A DNA stretch of 64,000 bases, taken from the NCBI RefSeq assembly GCF_001447785.1, contig NW_015170278.1, forward strand, positions 1,762,357-1,826,356, read 5' to 3'. Source of the DNA: Gekko japonicus. Its lineage: Eukaryota. Positions 1 through 14,100 of this stretch are shown in pieces. Each line of letters opens with the position of its first letter. Position 1 is the stretch's first letter. The notes below the pieces were generated by a model that saw only the letters and a program-made list of their open reading frames with translations, ran no database searches and was not told the origin of the DNA. Both the position numbers and the translations under genes were made by a program.

Positions 1-1060
1 CCTTTGAGCCACTTGCTACATGTGAACTCAAACTCCTTGCATGGAAAACGGCCTTTTTAATTGCTATCACATCGGCAAGGCGAGTTGGAGAAATATTGGC
101 TTTCCGACACGATACACCTTACTTATCGTTTCTGCCAGATGGAGTCCGCCTCATCCCGGATATCTCCTTCCTGCCGAAGGTGGTGTCAGAGTTCCACCTG
201 CAGGCGGAGGTCTTCCTCCCTGACTTCTTTCCAAATCCAACATCAGCGGAGGACAAATTATTACACACTTTAGATGNNNNNNNNNNNNNNNNNNNNNNNN
301 NNNNNNNNNNNNNNNNNNNNNNNNNNNNNNNNNNNNNNNNNNNNNNNNNNNNNNNNNNNNNNNNNNNNNNNNNNNNNNNNNNNNNNNNNNNNNNNNNNNN
401 NNNNNNNNNNNNNNNNNNNNNNNNNNNNNNNNNNNNNNNNNNNNNNNNNNNNNNNNNNNNNNNNNNNNNNNNNNNNNNNNNNNNNNNNNNNNNNNNNNNN
501 NNNNNNNNNNNNNNNNNNNNNNNNNNNNNNNNNNNNNNNNNNNNNNNNNNNNNNNNNNNNNNNNNNNNNNNNNNNNNNNNNNNNNNNNNNNNNNNACACC
601 AATACCAACATGGGACGTCACATTCTGTCTTTGGCTACACAGTAAAAGACCTGCCAGCACCCTCCTCCAGGTAGGCTACTGCTCGCTAATCTCCTGTGGG
701 TGTGAAGTACAGAGACCACGTCGAAGATAAGCAGGTTGCTTACCAGTCACTGGTGATCTTGGAGTGGTCATCTGTGCATTCACACCACCCGCCCTCCTTC
801 CCCACTGCTATCAGCGTCTACATTTTTATTAGGGGTTGATTTGTGGTGGTTTGTAGGAACTGGCGGGATGTCCGCGCCCACCCCTCTGGGCATGTGCGGT
901 GAGGTTCCTGCGCATGCCCGAGGGACTGGGCGCGAAAATCCGTTAAAAGAGCTTGCTACAGCACCGATCGATCCAGCGCGTGCGCACTAGATCCCATGGG
1001 TGTGAATGCACAGATGACCACTCGAAGATCACCAGTTACTGGTAAGCAACCTGCTTTTTC
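1..1060 (+). mobile_element. 3' part of a DIRS-type tyrosine-recombinase retrotransposon (YR ORF fragment, internal complementary region, right terminal repeat), interrupted by an N gap
   Basis: Frame 3 from base 3 reads FEPLATCELKLLAWKTAFLIAITSARRVGEILAFRHDTPYLSFLPDGVRLIPDISFLPKVVSEFH...LHTLD, typical of vertebrate DIRS1 YR domains (SARR.GE catalytic Arg motif, FLPKVVSEFH). 730-786 is the reverse complement of 999-1055 (57 bp, 2 mismatches), the ICR/terminal-repeat arrangement of DIRS. Confidence 0.85.
277..595. other. Assembly gap (N run); further gaps at 10632-10691 and 37174-37571
   Basis: Runs of n in the sequence. Confidence 0.99.
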
Positions 1061-1460
1061 CCTTGCTTGAAAGCCAGTCGAGTCCAACTCTAGGGTTGCG
1101 GTGCTCATCTTCGTTTCAAAGCCGAAGAGCCAGCGCTGTCTGAAGACATTTCCGTGGTCATGTGGCCGGCATGAATGTCTGTGCTTTTTACAGCCACCCA
1201 GTGTGCAGAAATTCAACAGGTGCAGCATTCTCCACCACTGTAAAACAAGGCTCAATGTACCCAGAATGTGGCTGTTAAAGGCATAGTACCTATGTCAGGA
1301 AAACTAGCTTGGAAAGTCAGTTTCCCAAGCTCCCCCCCCCTAAGGTCATCTGCCTTTTGCCTAGCAGCTATTTGAAGGTCTCCATGGAGTTTCGAGTGAA
1401 CATCAGTTTCATGTTTCTAAAGTACAAGTTGCCTTCAAGCCTAGCCTTATAGTTCTGTAG

Positions 1461-1588
1461 CTGAAGAAGTGAGCAGTGACTCACAAAAGCTCATATCCTG
1501 CCACCAATTTTGTTAGTCTTTAAGGTGCTACTGGACTCTTGTTCTTTTCTATTGCTACAGACAGACTAACACGGCCACCCATCTTGAT
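1461..1588 (+). mobile_element. Penelope-like element terminal repeat fragment with degenerate hammerhead core
   Basis: ctgaagaagtgagcagtgactcacaaaagctcat...ttgttagtctttaaggtgctactggactc matches the reptile Penelope terminal repeat pattern; a related copy lies at ~7222-7310. Confidence 0.65.
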
Positions 1589-2077
1589 TTAGCTCTGTAC
1601 CAGAAATCCTACCCAGGTATAGCAGCTGTGGAAGCTATGGAATGCTTGTGACCGTTATAATATAAGGTGCTACAGAATGGAAAGAATGACCTGATCAAAG
1701 ACTCTTTTGAACATTGTAATTTCCCTTCAGTGGCTGAATTTACCTTTGTAGTGAATGCTGTGGAGGGATGTCTTTTGAACGGTTATGATTTTGGAGCGAA
1801 GCCTTTCCAGGGTAGGTTTGACATTCCAGATCAATTGTTTGCGCCACTTAGAAACAGATGGTAATTTCCTCCTGTTGCTTTGGCCTCTGTGAAGTGAGAG
1901 AAGGCACAGAAAAAAAGCAGGAATTCAAGGTGGCTCATACATGTTACTACCTGTAGCAACCCATTCCACTCTAAACATTGTAGGAGGAACAGAGGTTTTT
2001 CACCCCTACTTCTCATTCCCTCTCTGTCTTTTCCTCATTATACACAGGACTCAAATACCTCAAATCAGAAGGCCAGC

Positions 2078-2195
2078 ATGCTGCCAGAGAAAGACTCTAA
2101 AAAGCTGGGGGAGAAGGACCCCAAGGAAGACCCATCGGTCACTCTTTTCCGGGAGTATCTGAGAATCAAGACTGTCCAGCCAGAGCCTGATTATG
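2078..2195 (+). CDS. ACY1: ACY1 first coding exon (human exon 2); acceptor AG at 2046-2047
   Basis: [39 protein letters not shown], donor g|gtatg, phase 1; a polypyrimidine tract precedes 2047. Confidence 0.93.
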
Positions 2196-5100
2196 GTATG
2201 GAGGCAGATTTCTTCCTTCATGTCAGTACTGTGAGCTGTTTGACGGGTGTCACTGCTAAGGCTGCGGGAAGTTAGCAGTCAATAAGAGCCCTGACTGCAA
2301 TCAGAGGTAGTGTTTTCCCCTCCTTTGCCAGAACAAACAAAATAAACTGATTCTACTGAATTACCTGTCCTGGCCTTGATGTATTCAACGCACGTGCCAT
2401 ATACAGATAGGCTCACCTTATTTTAAAAGAGGGGGGGATCCAGTTGGTTCTTAAGGACTTCAGCCCTCAGGAGGAATATGTAGTGCGGGATGTAATTATA
2501 ATTATCTGGGTCTTTTATTTGGTATTGGTTGCTGAAAATACAATACTGTAGTTTTGTTCACATGTCTGTCCCAGCTTGGCCTGGCATGTTTCATTGTGTA
2601 TATTCATTTTCTAGCTACATACATTTTGTCTTCATGTTAAGAAACTGAAATTGTGACTCTCTACCTGATGCTTGTTATGAAGAGTGGGGAGAGAATCCTC
2701 TCATGTCATGCCTTCAGTTCTTGAGAGCCACATATAACCAAGGTGTATTAAGATCTCATTTACCCATATCAAGTAATTGGCTTCTGGGCAGTCAGTGGCC
2801 TGGTCTGAAGGAGAATGAAGTGGTGGAATCATAGAATCATAGAGTTGGAAGGGACCTCCAGGGTCATCTAGTCCAACCCCCTGCACAAGGCAGGAAATTC
2901 ACAAATGCCTCCCCCTCTACACCTGTAGTGACCACTGTTCTATGCCCAGAAGATGTTTAAAAAAAAACCCTCCAGGATTGCTTCCTGACTCCAAAGTGGC
3001 AATCAGCATTTCCCTGGGCGTGTAAGAAAGGGCCACAAGAACTAAGCACTGAGGCAACCTTTCCTGCCCTCCCTCTTCTGATCTGCCTAAGTTCACAGAA
3101 TCTGCATTGCTGTCAGATGGCCATCTAGCCTCTGTTTGAAAACCTCCAAAGAAGGAGAGCCCACCACTTCCCAAGGAAGCCTGTTCCACTGAGGAACTGC
3201 CCTAATTGTCAGGACGTTCTTCCTAATGTTTAGCCCAAAACTCTTCTGATTTAATTTCAACCCGTTGGTTCTGGTTCGACCTTCTGGGGCAATAGAAAAC
3301 AACTCCACACCGTCCTCTAGATGGTAGCCCTTCAAGTACTTGAAGATGGTTATCATATCACCTCTCAGTCGTCTCCTCTCCAGGCTAAACATACCCAGCT
3401 CCTTCAACCTTTCCTCATAGGACTTGGTCTCCAGACCCCTCACCATCTTCGTTGCCCTCCTCTGGACACGTTCCAGCTTGTCTATATCCTTCTTAAATTG
3501 TGGCACCCCAAACTGAACACAATACTCTAGGTGAGGTCTAACCAGAGCAGAGTAAAGTGAGCAGAGTAAAGAAATCTTTGGGTGCGGTCACACAGTCTGT
3601 TTGATTGGGTTTCACTGCTGTTCCCTCCCACATTTAAATTTGCTGACTAGATCCACCTTCCGTGGCGAAGCCGGTTCACTCACGCAATGTTCGCGGTTTT
3701 TCCTGCCCCTTGGAAAATCAAGTGTTTTTCTTGTACTTGCGCTTTGAACACGCGATTTTGCCTATCTGGACAGCCATCTATCACAATGGTTGAGATTAGG
3801 GCCGTCTGACTGTTTTTCCCCACAATGAGATTCCCCCCCCCCCGCCGCCGCCACAATTTCCCCACAATGAGATTCCCCCCCCCCCCCAGGCTTCTGCAGA
3901 GCGCCTGGGCAATTCACCATTTAAACATTCAGGTGCATGGGCTGGGCGGACGAGCAAAGTCCTCTGCAAGGTGCTCCGGGCGACAATGGTGGCGGCTGCT
4001 GCTGCAGGCTTCAGAAGGGAGGGAAGGTAGAAGAGGAGGCGGAGGCGGCGCAGGGAGCACCAGGCATCGGCAGCGGTTTTGAGCGCTCTGTTTGGCAGCG
4101 GCTGCGGCGGGGGGGGGGGGGAGGGTTTCTGTGGAGTGGACCCTGCTGGGATCTCGGGGCCATTGATCTTCGCAGGGCTTTTCCTCTGCTGGGAGAGACT
4201 CAGGAAGTGCCGCTGAGTCCTCAAGCTGTCTCCTGGGCTGCCCAGGTGTGCTGGCAGGCGAGTGGACAGGCGGCGGAGAGAGGGGAAGGATTTTCAGGCG
4301 AGCGAATGGTGGAAGAGAGGGGCCGGTTGCGTCTAATCAGCCGAACCGAAGAAAAATATTCCCGATTAAATTAAATTAAAGCGGGAACAAAGCGGAATTA
4401 CCTTGCCCGTGTGACCACAGCCTTTATCAGAGTAAAGAAATCTTTACCAGAGCAGAGTAAAGAAATCTAAGTGATAGCGGCTATGCGAGTGTTTTTGAAT
4501 GCTCCCTCCTTTAAAAAAACTCCATGCAAGTAGAGATCTAGCACATGAGGGAGAAATGCCCAGTTTGTTCCCTGCTGTGCTAATTTCCTATTTGCGGATA
4601 GGAGAGGTAACCTGCAGTCTGAGGTGGTACAGCCTGTTCTACCAACTTATTACAGTACATTCCTTGACCAGGCTGTAGGTTGGACTTATGTGAAGGAAGT
4701 TTCTCATTTTTAAGAAACGATACTGCACAGAACAGCAGTATGGGGGGGAAGTCCTTACTCTTGTTTGGTCTAGTGGTGTTTTGTTTATGCCAACATTTGT
4801 CACCTATCTTTCCGACGGGTCTGTCAGAATAGTGACTGAATTTTCCTGGGTGGAGGGACTTTTTCTATATATGTGGGGGGTTTTGTATTATTTATTTGGT
4901 ACATTTGGTACGTTTGTATCTCATTTTCTCTTAGAGGAAAAGGGAATTCTTAAAGGCAGTGTTACTCAATTTGAAAACATGCAACCCCCTCTATAATTAA
5001 TAGTATTTTATTTTAAAGTCTTATAGCCTGCCTGCCTCCACCAAGCATATAAAATGGTGAGTATAAAACCATCTATACGTCAGACTTGCTTTACAGGCAA

Positions 5101-8100
5101 AAATGGTCAGAAAGAAAACACTAATCCAGTACCATAACTCAGAAGGCCAGGAAGAAGGCCTTGTGGCATAAGAGTGCCTTACAGAGCCTTCTGAAGGCCA
5201 TCGGAGAAGGTACCCTCTGCAACTTTCCTGGGGGGGGGGCACATTCCATAGGAGGCTACGACTGAAAAGGGCTATGACCTGGGTAAGGACAGTTTCACAG
5301 TCCTGTGGATAAGAATGGCAAGCGAGGGCTTTGGGGAGCCGTGACCTATAATAGACAACGATAATAGTAATATAGAGTGATATGAGACTTCTTGCATAAT
5401 TTTTCATCACTGATCCAGCTTATCTCACATACCGAGAGAACTTCTCAGTTCTTCTAACTTAGATTGTAGGATAAAATGGCTGCCATATATGGCACCCTTA
5501 CAAAAGCAGTCTCTTTGTGTTTGACTGGGGTTTGATCTTATGAAAAGGATTAAGAGTCAGTTGCCCAAGACCACCAAGTGAGCATTACAGCTGAGCAGAG
5601 ATTTGAATCTGGTTTTCTCTTATCCAAATCCAGCACTAATGAAGAGCATAGTCAGAGGAATGAAAGCGAGGGTATAATTGTATTAATCCTGTTAGTGTGC
5701 AATCCCATGTCTCTTGGGTTCTCTGCACTTAAGTGGGAAAGTTTTGTCCGGGCTGTACCACTTCATCCTGCAGGTGTGGCTCACATGATTGAATGTTCCT
5801 ATTTACAAAAAGAAAAACCTAACACATAAATAATTAGCATTTTGTGGAGAAGGCTGGGTCTTCCCTTAGACATTTGTTTTGCTCTGTGGATGATTTTTGG
5901 GGGGCGTGGAGGAACATAGTGCTCCCCCCCATCGGTGCTATAAAAATGGTACTGCCCAGATAAAATTTTAGGACCAGATTCTCCAGCAACAAATCACATG
6001 GGTGCATAATGTTCAAAATCCCTCACTACGGTGGATACCAGAATAACTGGTAGGAAACACTTTCATCAGATGGAAACGTGCATGTTAACTGTTAAAAATG
6101 AAAGTGCACCAGAAGTTACAATTAGTGAGGTATACTTCATTATCTAGTAGGTAATCATGATCTGATTCTTAGAACATTACCCTTTGGTGTGACTAAGCAG
6201 ACTTGGGTAGGGCAGGTTCCACAGTGTATTTTGTTGCCCTGAGCACGGTTCACCCATTGCTTCCTCCAGTGCTGCTGCTGGTGGAATTCATGTGGCGCCA
6301 ATATAGATCCAAGAGCCTACCACCTCCTGTGCCACTTCTGGCTGTGACCCCAGACAGGTTCTCGGATGGCTGCACTAGAGAACTAGCTCAGACTTGGGCT
6401 GACAAAGTTATATAGGTATGGGTTTCCCCAGTAATACTTTGAAGCGGTTAGGAATGATAGAGCAAAACAGAAATTTCAGCCTAGGCTATGTGATTATTTC
6501 ACATAGCAGGGAAGAGAATAGGTTGTGCTCTGGGAGGTCCCTAGCTCAAATGTCACTTCTGCCACAGACTAATTGGGTCGCCTTAGATAGGCCACTCTTT
6601 CAGCCCCAGCACACTTTGCCCCACAATATGGGGACAGTACTTGCCTGCATTACAGGATTGATCTGAGGATAATAGCAAGATAATGTATGAGAAGTTCTTC
6701 AAACATGTGGAAGTGCTATATAAATGCTAAGCATTATTAGGAAGGGTAATTTTACACTAGTGCCACTGTGGTATTTGAGAGTAAAAGTCAGTCATAATGT
6801 GCACCTTACTTTTCCGATCTCTGCAGATTTCCTGTAAGAAAAGCTTTTACTCAGTTAAGGATACAGCAGATACTGTCATCTGTTCTAGATGGATGTTTTC
6901 ATGAAATATATTCACAATCAGATTTAATGCTGGAATTTAATTTAGATCTTTTAACTTTCTAGATGGATGTTTTCATGAAATATATTCACAATCTAATTTA
7001 ATGCTGGATTTTAATTTAGATCTTTTAACATTTTGCTTTTATTATTGTTGTTTTGTAAGCTGCCTCGGGCAGGTTCCTGGAGAGGCGTAAAGTCTGTATT
7101 TTATGCAGCTTGAAGATAAGCAGCATTTTATGTTTCATTGCCTTGTCTGAGAGTAGCCTATGCAAGAGTTTCTTGACCTATAGTTGGTTGCAACACAAAC
7201 TTGAACATCTATTTGCTAACAAAAAGTGAGCAGACTCATGAAAGCTCATACCCTCCCACAAATTTTGTTAGTCTTTAAGGTGCTACTGGACTCTTGCTCT
7301 TTTTTACTGCAAGGAGAATACCATGAAAGTAGCAAAATTTTGCCTTGTTTGTTTGCTTGATTCTCATGCAGAAACTGTAAATTAGATTGAGGTACATACT
7401 TGTCCATAAATATAAGATAGGTATAATTGTTAGCTTGTTCTGTTTGTTTCTTTTTGGGTGTTACAATGTAAATAATGTTACTTGCTTACAGCAGGGAAAT
7501 AAGGTCCTCATTGAGGTCAGGACAGTGACATGAACACATGGACCATAATTATGTGTGGAGTTAAGTGCACTGAAGCCAATTAAAATCACTGGACTTAAGC
7601 ATGCTCAGCTTAGAACCCTGGTCTAAAGCCAACATCCAGAGAGTTACTTTAAGAGTACACAAGGACTTGATTGTTTGCCATAGGAATTTTGACTTCTCCA
7701 CCCCTTTGAACAGCAGACTGCCTTGCTATGTTGCCAACTAGTTTTGAAACTACACTGAATTTCAAAAGTGTGGGACACTGCTACTTGAGAAATGGATATC
7801 TAAACCCCACTAGACTCCCAGAGCCAGTTTCATGATACTGTGTATTGTCACCTAAATACTTATATACCTCATGATTGTTTTAATATTGCAGCAAATGAGT
7901 CTTCTTTAATTAAAGGATAGAAATATGATACTCGCTAGGTCAAGGAATCAGAAAAACCTGCTAGAGTCCCAGCAGATATTGGAGAAATATGCTTCACATA
8001 AGAGGCTGAGGCCTTGAACTGAGTGAACATATGAAGCTGCCTTGTATTGTCAGATGATTGGTTCATCTAGTTCAGTACTGGCTACACTAATTGTTAGTGG

Positions 8101-11100
8101 CTCTTCAGAGCTTCAGACAGATCTTTTTCATCACCTGCTGCCCTGAGAGCCTTTAGCTGGAGCTGCCGGGAATTGTATCTAGGAGTTTTTGCAAGCAAAG
8201 CATGTGTTCTACCACTAGTTACTAGAGAAGAGTGATTGGTTCTGTAACGGAACAAAGTTTGATTCCAGTGGCACCTTTAAGACCAACAAAGTTTAATTCC
8301 CGGTATAAGCTTTTGTGTGAATGCATGTTTCTTCACATATTCTTCAGATGTCTGAAGGTGTGCATGCACATGAAAGTTTATACCCCAACTTAAGCTTTGT
8401 TTGTCTTAAAGGTGCCACTGGAATCAAACTTTGTTCTATTGCTTCTGACCGAAATGGCTACCCACATGGTTCTATAACAAGTTATGCATGTACAAGGTTT
8501 GCAACTTTTAGTTAATCTGGGGTTTGAACTCAGGTCTCTCATAACTGTATCTGACCCTCGTTCTACTAAACCAGTCACATGCTTCAAAATGAGCAGGAAG
8601 AGAGGTGGGGCAACTCTTCTGGATTTGGTGTGATTCATCCTGTTCCTCGAAGGTTCTGATGATGTTCCCCTACCCACATACAATGTTCTGCTGCCCTTAA
8701 GCTCCTTTACTTCTCTTCATGGTATCTTGCTATTTGATGATGTTCCCCTACCCACATACAATGCTCTGCTGCCCTTAACCTCCTTTACTTCATGGTATCT
8801 TGCTACTTGCCAGAGTTGGTGAATAACATATAGTTTGTGGGGGTTGGAGAACATCATTCACACACACACAAACACACACACCCCACCCTGAACACACACA
8901 TACAAGTGCCTGCATAGTCCACCCGTAGCTTTTAAAACTTTTTGGTATTGGAAGTCTGTCTGTGATCGCACCTGTGACTGCTTCCTCATGGCCTTTTGTT
9001 GTCATTTGAAAGGAAAAAATGTGTTCCAGGTGCTGTCAGGTCAGACCACCATTTTGCACATCAAGCTGTCAAAAGTGAGGAAGAGTGGAAATTGTTGGTT
9101 GTTTAGAAAATGCTTAACTCAGTGACTGGGTGCTGAGTGAAGTCCACATTCCAGGTCTTACTGCAAACAAGTAATGTCCCTCTGTTATCTTGAATTATTA
9201 TTGAGTCACAAAGTCTGAAGCCTTGTTTTCATGGCAACATGTGAAAATCTGTATCCGTTGGGGACTCGAATGAGTTAAGCTGGAACACAATTTTTTTGTT
9301 GTTGTTTATACTATTGGTTGGCTCACATCCACTTTGGTCAGGCCAATGCTGAGTTGGAGTCATGTGGACTCTCATTTGCAGTAGACTCAGCGGTTAAGTT
9401 GGCAAGTTTGCTTCTTGCTAATCACTTTTGCAATATGAAGAGGGACTGTTGAAGCCAGTGGGAATGCTCTGGAGTAAGAGATTTGTAGATTGCCGCCCCA
9501 GTTAGTTCTGAATACATGAGATTGAGAGGATGTATTTTGATTGGAAAGACATTATGTGCGGGTGTGTTCACATTTCCATCTGGTGCATGGTGACCTTGGG
9601 AAAGTTCTTGATAAGGCTTCATGTGCTTATTCCCAGCCAGGAAACATTTGATCTACCTACCACTTTGTGAAGGATTCAGCTTTGGTATGAATGGGAATAT
9701 GCCTGAAAACTGACTCTTCCCAGTGAGTGAACCCTGAAACTGAATCCTGACCTGCACATGACAGGGGTGCAGACACTAGGCTTACCATAGGCCGGGAGCA
9801 ACCTCAGTCTTTTCACAGTATCCCTGAGATTTCAGGTGATTGTGTGAGTGCTAAGAGATGAGATGGCAGTGGGATGCTGCCAAATTGTTTTGAATCAAAC
9901 TTTAACTGGCTCAATAGATTGATGTGACTTGATTTTTATAACACACCTGCACTGCATTTCACTCACCAGTGATTAAATTTTTATTCCTCGTTTGAGCAAA
10001 GCAATAGTAGTTCTGTAATACTGTAGAAGATCCCCCCCATGTAGTGCTCAAAGCTTCTTTAGCATAAAATGGGCCACTTCTTCAGCACAGAATGTTTCGC
10101 TTGTTGGGAGGGTCTGTGGCTCAGTGGAAGAGCGTCTGCTTTGCATGTAGAAGGTCCCGGATTCAATCTCCCAGCATCTTCAGTTAAAAGGACCAGGTCG
10201 TAGGTGAGGTGCAAAATTTCTACCTGAGACCCTGGAGAAGCACTGCCAGTCTGAGTAGATGTTACTGACCTTGATGGACCAAGGGTCTGATTCATGATAA
10301 GGCAGCTTCATGTGTCTGGCTGGTAATGTGAGATAGAAAATGTAAGAGAATAACATTTACTGTATGCTTTAATTAGTTTAACTTTTTTCATTCTACACCT
10401 GGAAGCAGGAAATGTAAAAGCCATGCTAAGTAAATTTGTGGGGGAAAGTCCTTGGGGAGAAAGGCTTGATCTCTGGAGGGTGCGTAGTGAGGCAATGAGT
10501 TTCTTACTAGACTGTCAATGCTCCATAATTCTAACATCTCTGAGCTGGTCAAGGATGAGATTATATGAATTGTTCTCTGTGTCCAAGAAGACAAGGGCTG
10601 TAGGAAGGCTGTGCCAGGAAACTTCAGCAGGNNNNNNNNNNNNNNNNNNNNNNNNNNNNNNNNNNNNNNNNNNNNNNNNNNNNNNNNNNNNCCCCCCCCC
10701 CCGTTTTGCAGAAGGGGCCCTGCTGGGACAAGAATCCCGCAGAGGGGACTGTTAGAGTCTTTTTCCATTTGCTTGGCCAAGAACATTACTGAGAGACACC
10801 CCAGTGTAAAAGAAAAAATATTTTTCTTTTCTTTTTAAAATTTGGCCTGAAAAATGTTCTGAAATAGAGGGGGGGAGGGCCTAGCAAAAATAGTCTTAGG
10901 ATAGAATCTTGTTTAGGGACCTTGTGGAAATTGCTTTCATGCTATCTTCCACCTTCTCAAGGAACATGGAGTAACCCTGCTCTAGGCATTTTCCAAATCC
11001 TTGGAATATTCCCACAGTGGCCTGTGTGAGTGTATTACATTTGCTGAATAAGACAGAAAAAGATAAGAGTTTGCAGTATTTCAGGAAGGGTTATAGGACA

Positions 11101-14100
11101 AGACCTGAGAACTTTCAGTAATGAATGGCAAATATGTTGAACATGATGCTTGCAGACATTTCCATGTTTTGTCTTTATCAATCTGTTCTACAAGCAACGT
11201 TCTATACAGTAAGATAGTAGAGAGTTGAAGGAAAGGGGGGGAAATCTTTTTCTTCATATGGAGCTTCTTCTCCTTACGTCCCTCTTCCACAATGTCTGTG
11301 CGCATAAAAATAAAAATGAGTGATTTTCCCTTCCCTCAAGGTCTCTGCAGTTCATGGAGAGCTGAGACGTAATTGCCATTAATAACCTTGTAAGTGTAGT
11401 TGTGGAGCCTTAATTTTAATTAAATGCTGAAATGATATTTGAAATTCTATGAAGTCTATCTTGTAGTTGTGGGGTCCAAACCTTCCCCTTTCCTTTGTGG
11501 GAGGATGCAGGTTGTTGTGTATCACAGCAGTACATCATCTTGGACAATAAAGAACAAGTATGTTTCAGTGATTAGGACTGTGGATAGACTTGGGACGTCC
11601 TGTGTGGCTCAACATTGCTTGATGGCTTTAGGCAACTTGCTGTTCTGCTTGAGAGAGACAAACATATAAAACCTGTAAAGCATTTCCTCAGTAAATGCTT
11701 AAAGGAAAATGCATAAATGGATAAGCGCAGCATGCTTGGCATAAAACAAGGGAGTCAAGTGAGCAAGATAGATGTGGAAGGAAGACACAACCAACAAGAG
11801 ACTTTTTTGGAACTGGTCTACAAGGACTTCCCCTCCAGTTGCCATTTACCTTGGGGCCAGTGTTTTACTGCTGAATGCTGCACAAAGCATAGAAGGGCTA
11901 GGTATTGATGTGATAAATTTGAACGGTTTTTGAAATTAAGGAAAAAAAAGTTACATGGGCATATGTCGTTTTTATAGTGGTTTTCTCCCTCCTTCCAGAC
12001 TCATCAGTGAAATTCCTGGAGAGAATGGCTTCTGAACTTAACCTGCAGTGTCAGAAAGTGGAGGTAAGCCATGTGAACACCCATACTTTGTGTCTGTAGG
12101 GTTGCCTACAGGCTTGGAGAAAAATGTCCAGCCCGGTTAATATTTATTTGTCTTCGCTTGTTTCCGCAAGCTTCAGACTACTTATAACCTACATTTCTCA
12201 TTGGGACTCAAGGTGAGTTACACAGAGTAAGTCAATACAATCAACAGGGTAGGCCATCCAAGAAACAATGCAATAGGATTTGTATTGTAGAAATCTGGAA
12301 CCAACCGGACAACTGGAAACCAAACTGAAGCAAAGCATAAGTATTAACATGACGAATGAAAGGATTCAAAAATTACCCAGTAGAATTCGACTTACAGCAA
12401 CAGGCAGCATAAGGTTTACACAGTAGTATAGACCACAGTTTCTAGCACTTTACCCAAGTAACTGTAGGGCAGTCAGTGGAGTGACTGCAGAATGGAAGTG
12501 TAATATGCATGTTCCATCTAGCTCCCAATAATAGCTGAGGTGCAGTGTTCTTCTGCACCAGTTGGAGTCTCCATGTTGATTTTGAGGGGAGAACAATATA
12601 AAGTGCGTTTAAGTAGTCTAGTCTTGATGTTACTATATCATGGATTCGGGTGGCCAGATTGGTCTGATCCAGCAAGGCTTTTCTTACGTTCTAAAGAGGC
12701 ATGGCCTTGATTTACATTCAGATGGAGGTTGTTGATTAAAGCTAGCATGGCTGTCTCTGTCCCATTGCCTGGCCTAAAGCCAACAGAAAGGAGTCCAGAG
12801 CAGATGAGTTATCCAAGAGGGTATCATAATGCAATAAATTAATCCAAATGTCATAAACCACTGCATGAAGCAACATATTTCTGCTCCATCAGGTCATAAA
12901 CTATTACAGACTGGCCTGTTCTCAACAAGTCCAAAATAAATAGACATATTGTTTTCTAGGTATTGTACTCATCACTCTGCAATAAGCCATTTGAAAAAGG
13001 TTTGTTTCTGTCATGTGTAGCTTGCTGTTTCAGGGTGGGGGGGAAGTAGCTTTTCAGTGGCACACTGTCAAACCCATGTGAACTGCGATTATCTCTGCGT
13101 TGTCTCATTTCTCCTTCATTATTTACAGTCAAATGAAATTCTCATGTTTCATTCTGTACCTTAACAAGTATGAGGGTTAGGGTGGGAGAGAGGGATTATA
13201 CACAAGTTATTGTAATAAAGCAGAATTTTAACTTTCTTATAATAAAAATGTACACTTACATTTGAATAGCTTATCAGTCCAATGGGCAAATGCCAAGGGT
13301 TTTCCCCCACAGGAATATTTTATTTACTGATCAGCTTCGTATCCCACCCTCTCCCTCAGCTCAGTCTGAATATTGGAGGAGTCCTTTTATCCAGTCAACA
13401 GCCCTTGTAATTTATTCCAGGTTTCTCATAGTGTCTCAGAATTTAAAACCACTTCTCCCTGGCCCAGCACTCTACCCACAATACTATCTTGCCTCCTGTA
13501 TGGCAATCCTAGGCACTTTAGCTTAATAGAGGCTTAATGTGTAGAAGTAAAAAGCTGAAGCTTCTCGTGGCATGGAGATAAATAGCATCCCATTAAGCCT
13601 CTGTTTTCTCCAGGTAGTTGACATACCTTTGTGTCTGTGTTTCACCAGGATGCCTGACTATGCTTGGTTCAACATCATATGGTCTTGCTATGCTTGTGAC
13701 TTGGGGAATGAGATGTCATCTAATTTCCTGTTATGTAGGAGGCCTTGTGCTAAAGAAAATTATTTGGTCCCAGTTCTGGTACATTTTGGAGGAGGGGCTG
13801 TGGCCCAATGAAGGAGCCTTTTCTTTTCATGCAGAAGGTCCCAGGTTCAAAGGTAACCAAAAAGGTTGAAACAAAGAAAAAGAAAGTCAAATATAACTGT
13901 ACACAGAGTGCAAAAGTACAAAATATAATATATAATTTAATAATACAATTGCAAGTAAAGTATCATTTAAAAATAACAATCCTATGGTTAAGCATATAAG
14001 TACCTAATCCTGATATAAAGACAAATGTCCATTCATATAAATACAGGTTAAAAGGTATATAAAGTTTCCATATGCAAAAACCAATACCAAATGCGTTTCA

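Noticed and set aside
151-660. Long ORFs made mostly of X (also 10388-10838 and 37107-37713)
   Set aside because: Artefacts of translating N gaps; only the flanking DIRS and BovB peptides are real.
3680-4374. Overlapping GC-rich ORFs that could suggest a CpG-island gene start
   Set aside because: Low-complexity translations inside an element bounded by inverted repeats; no recognisable protein.
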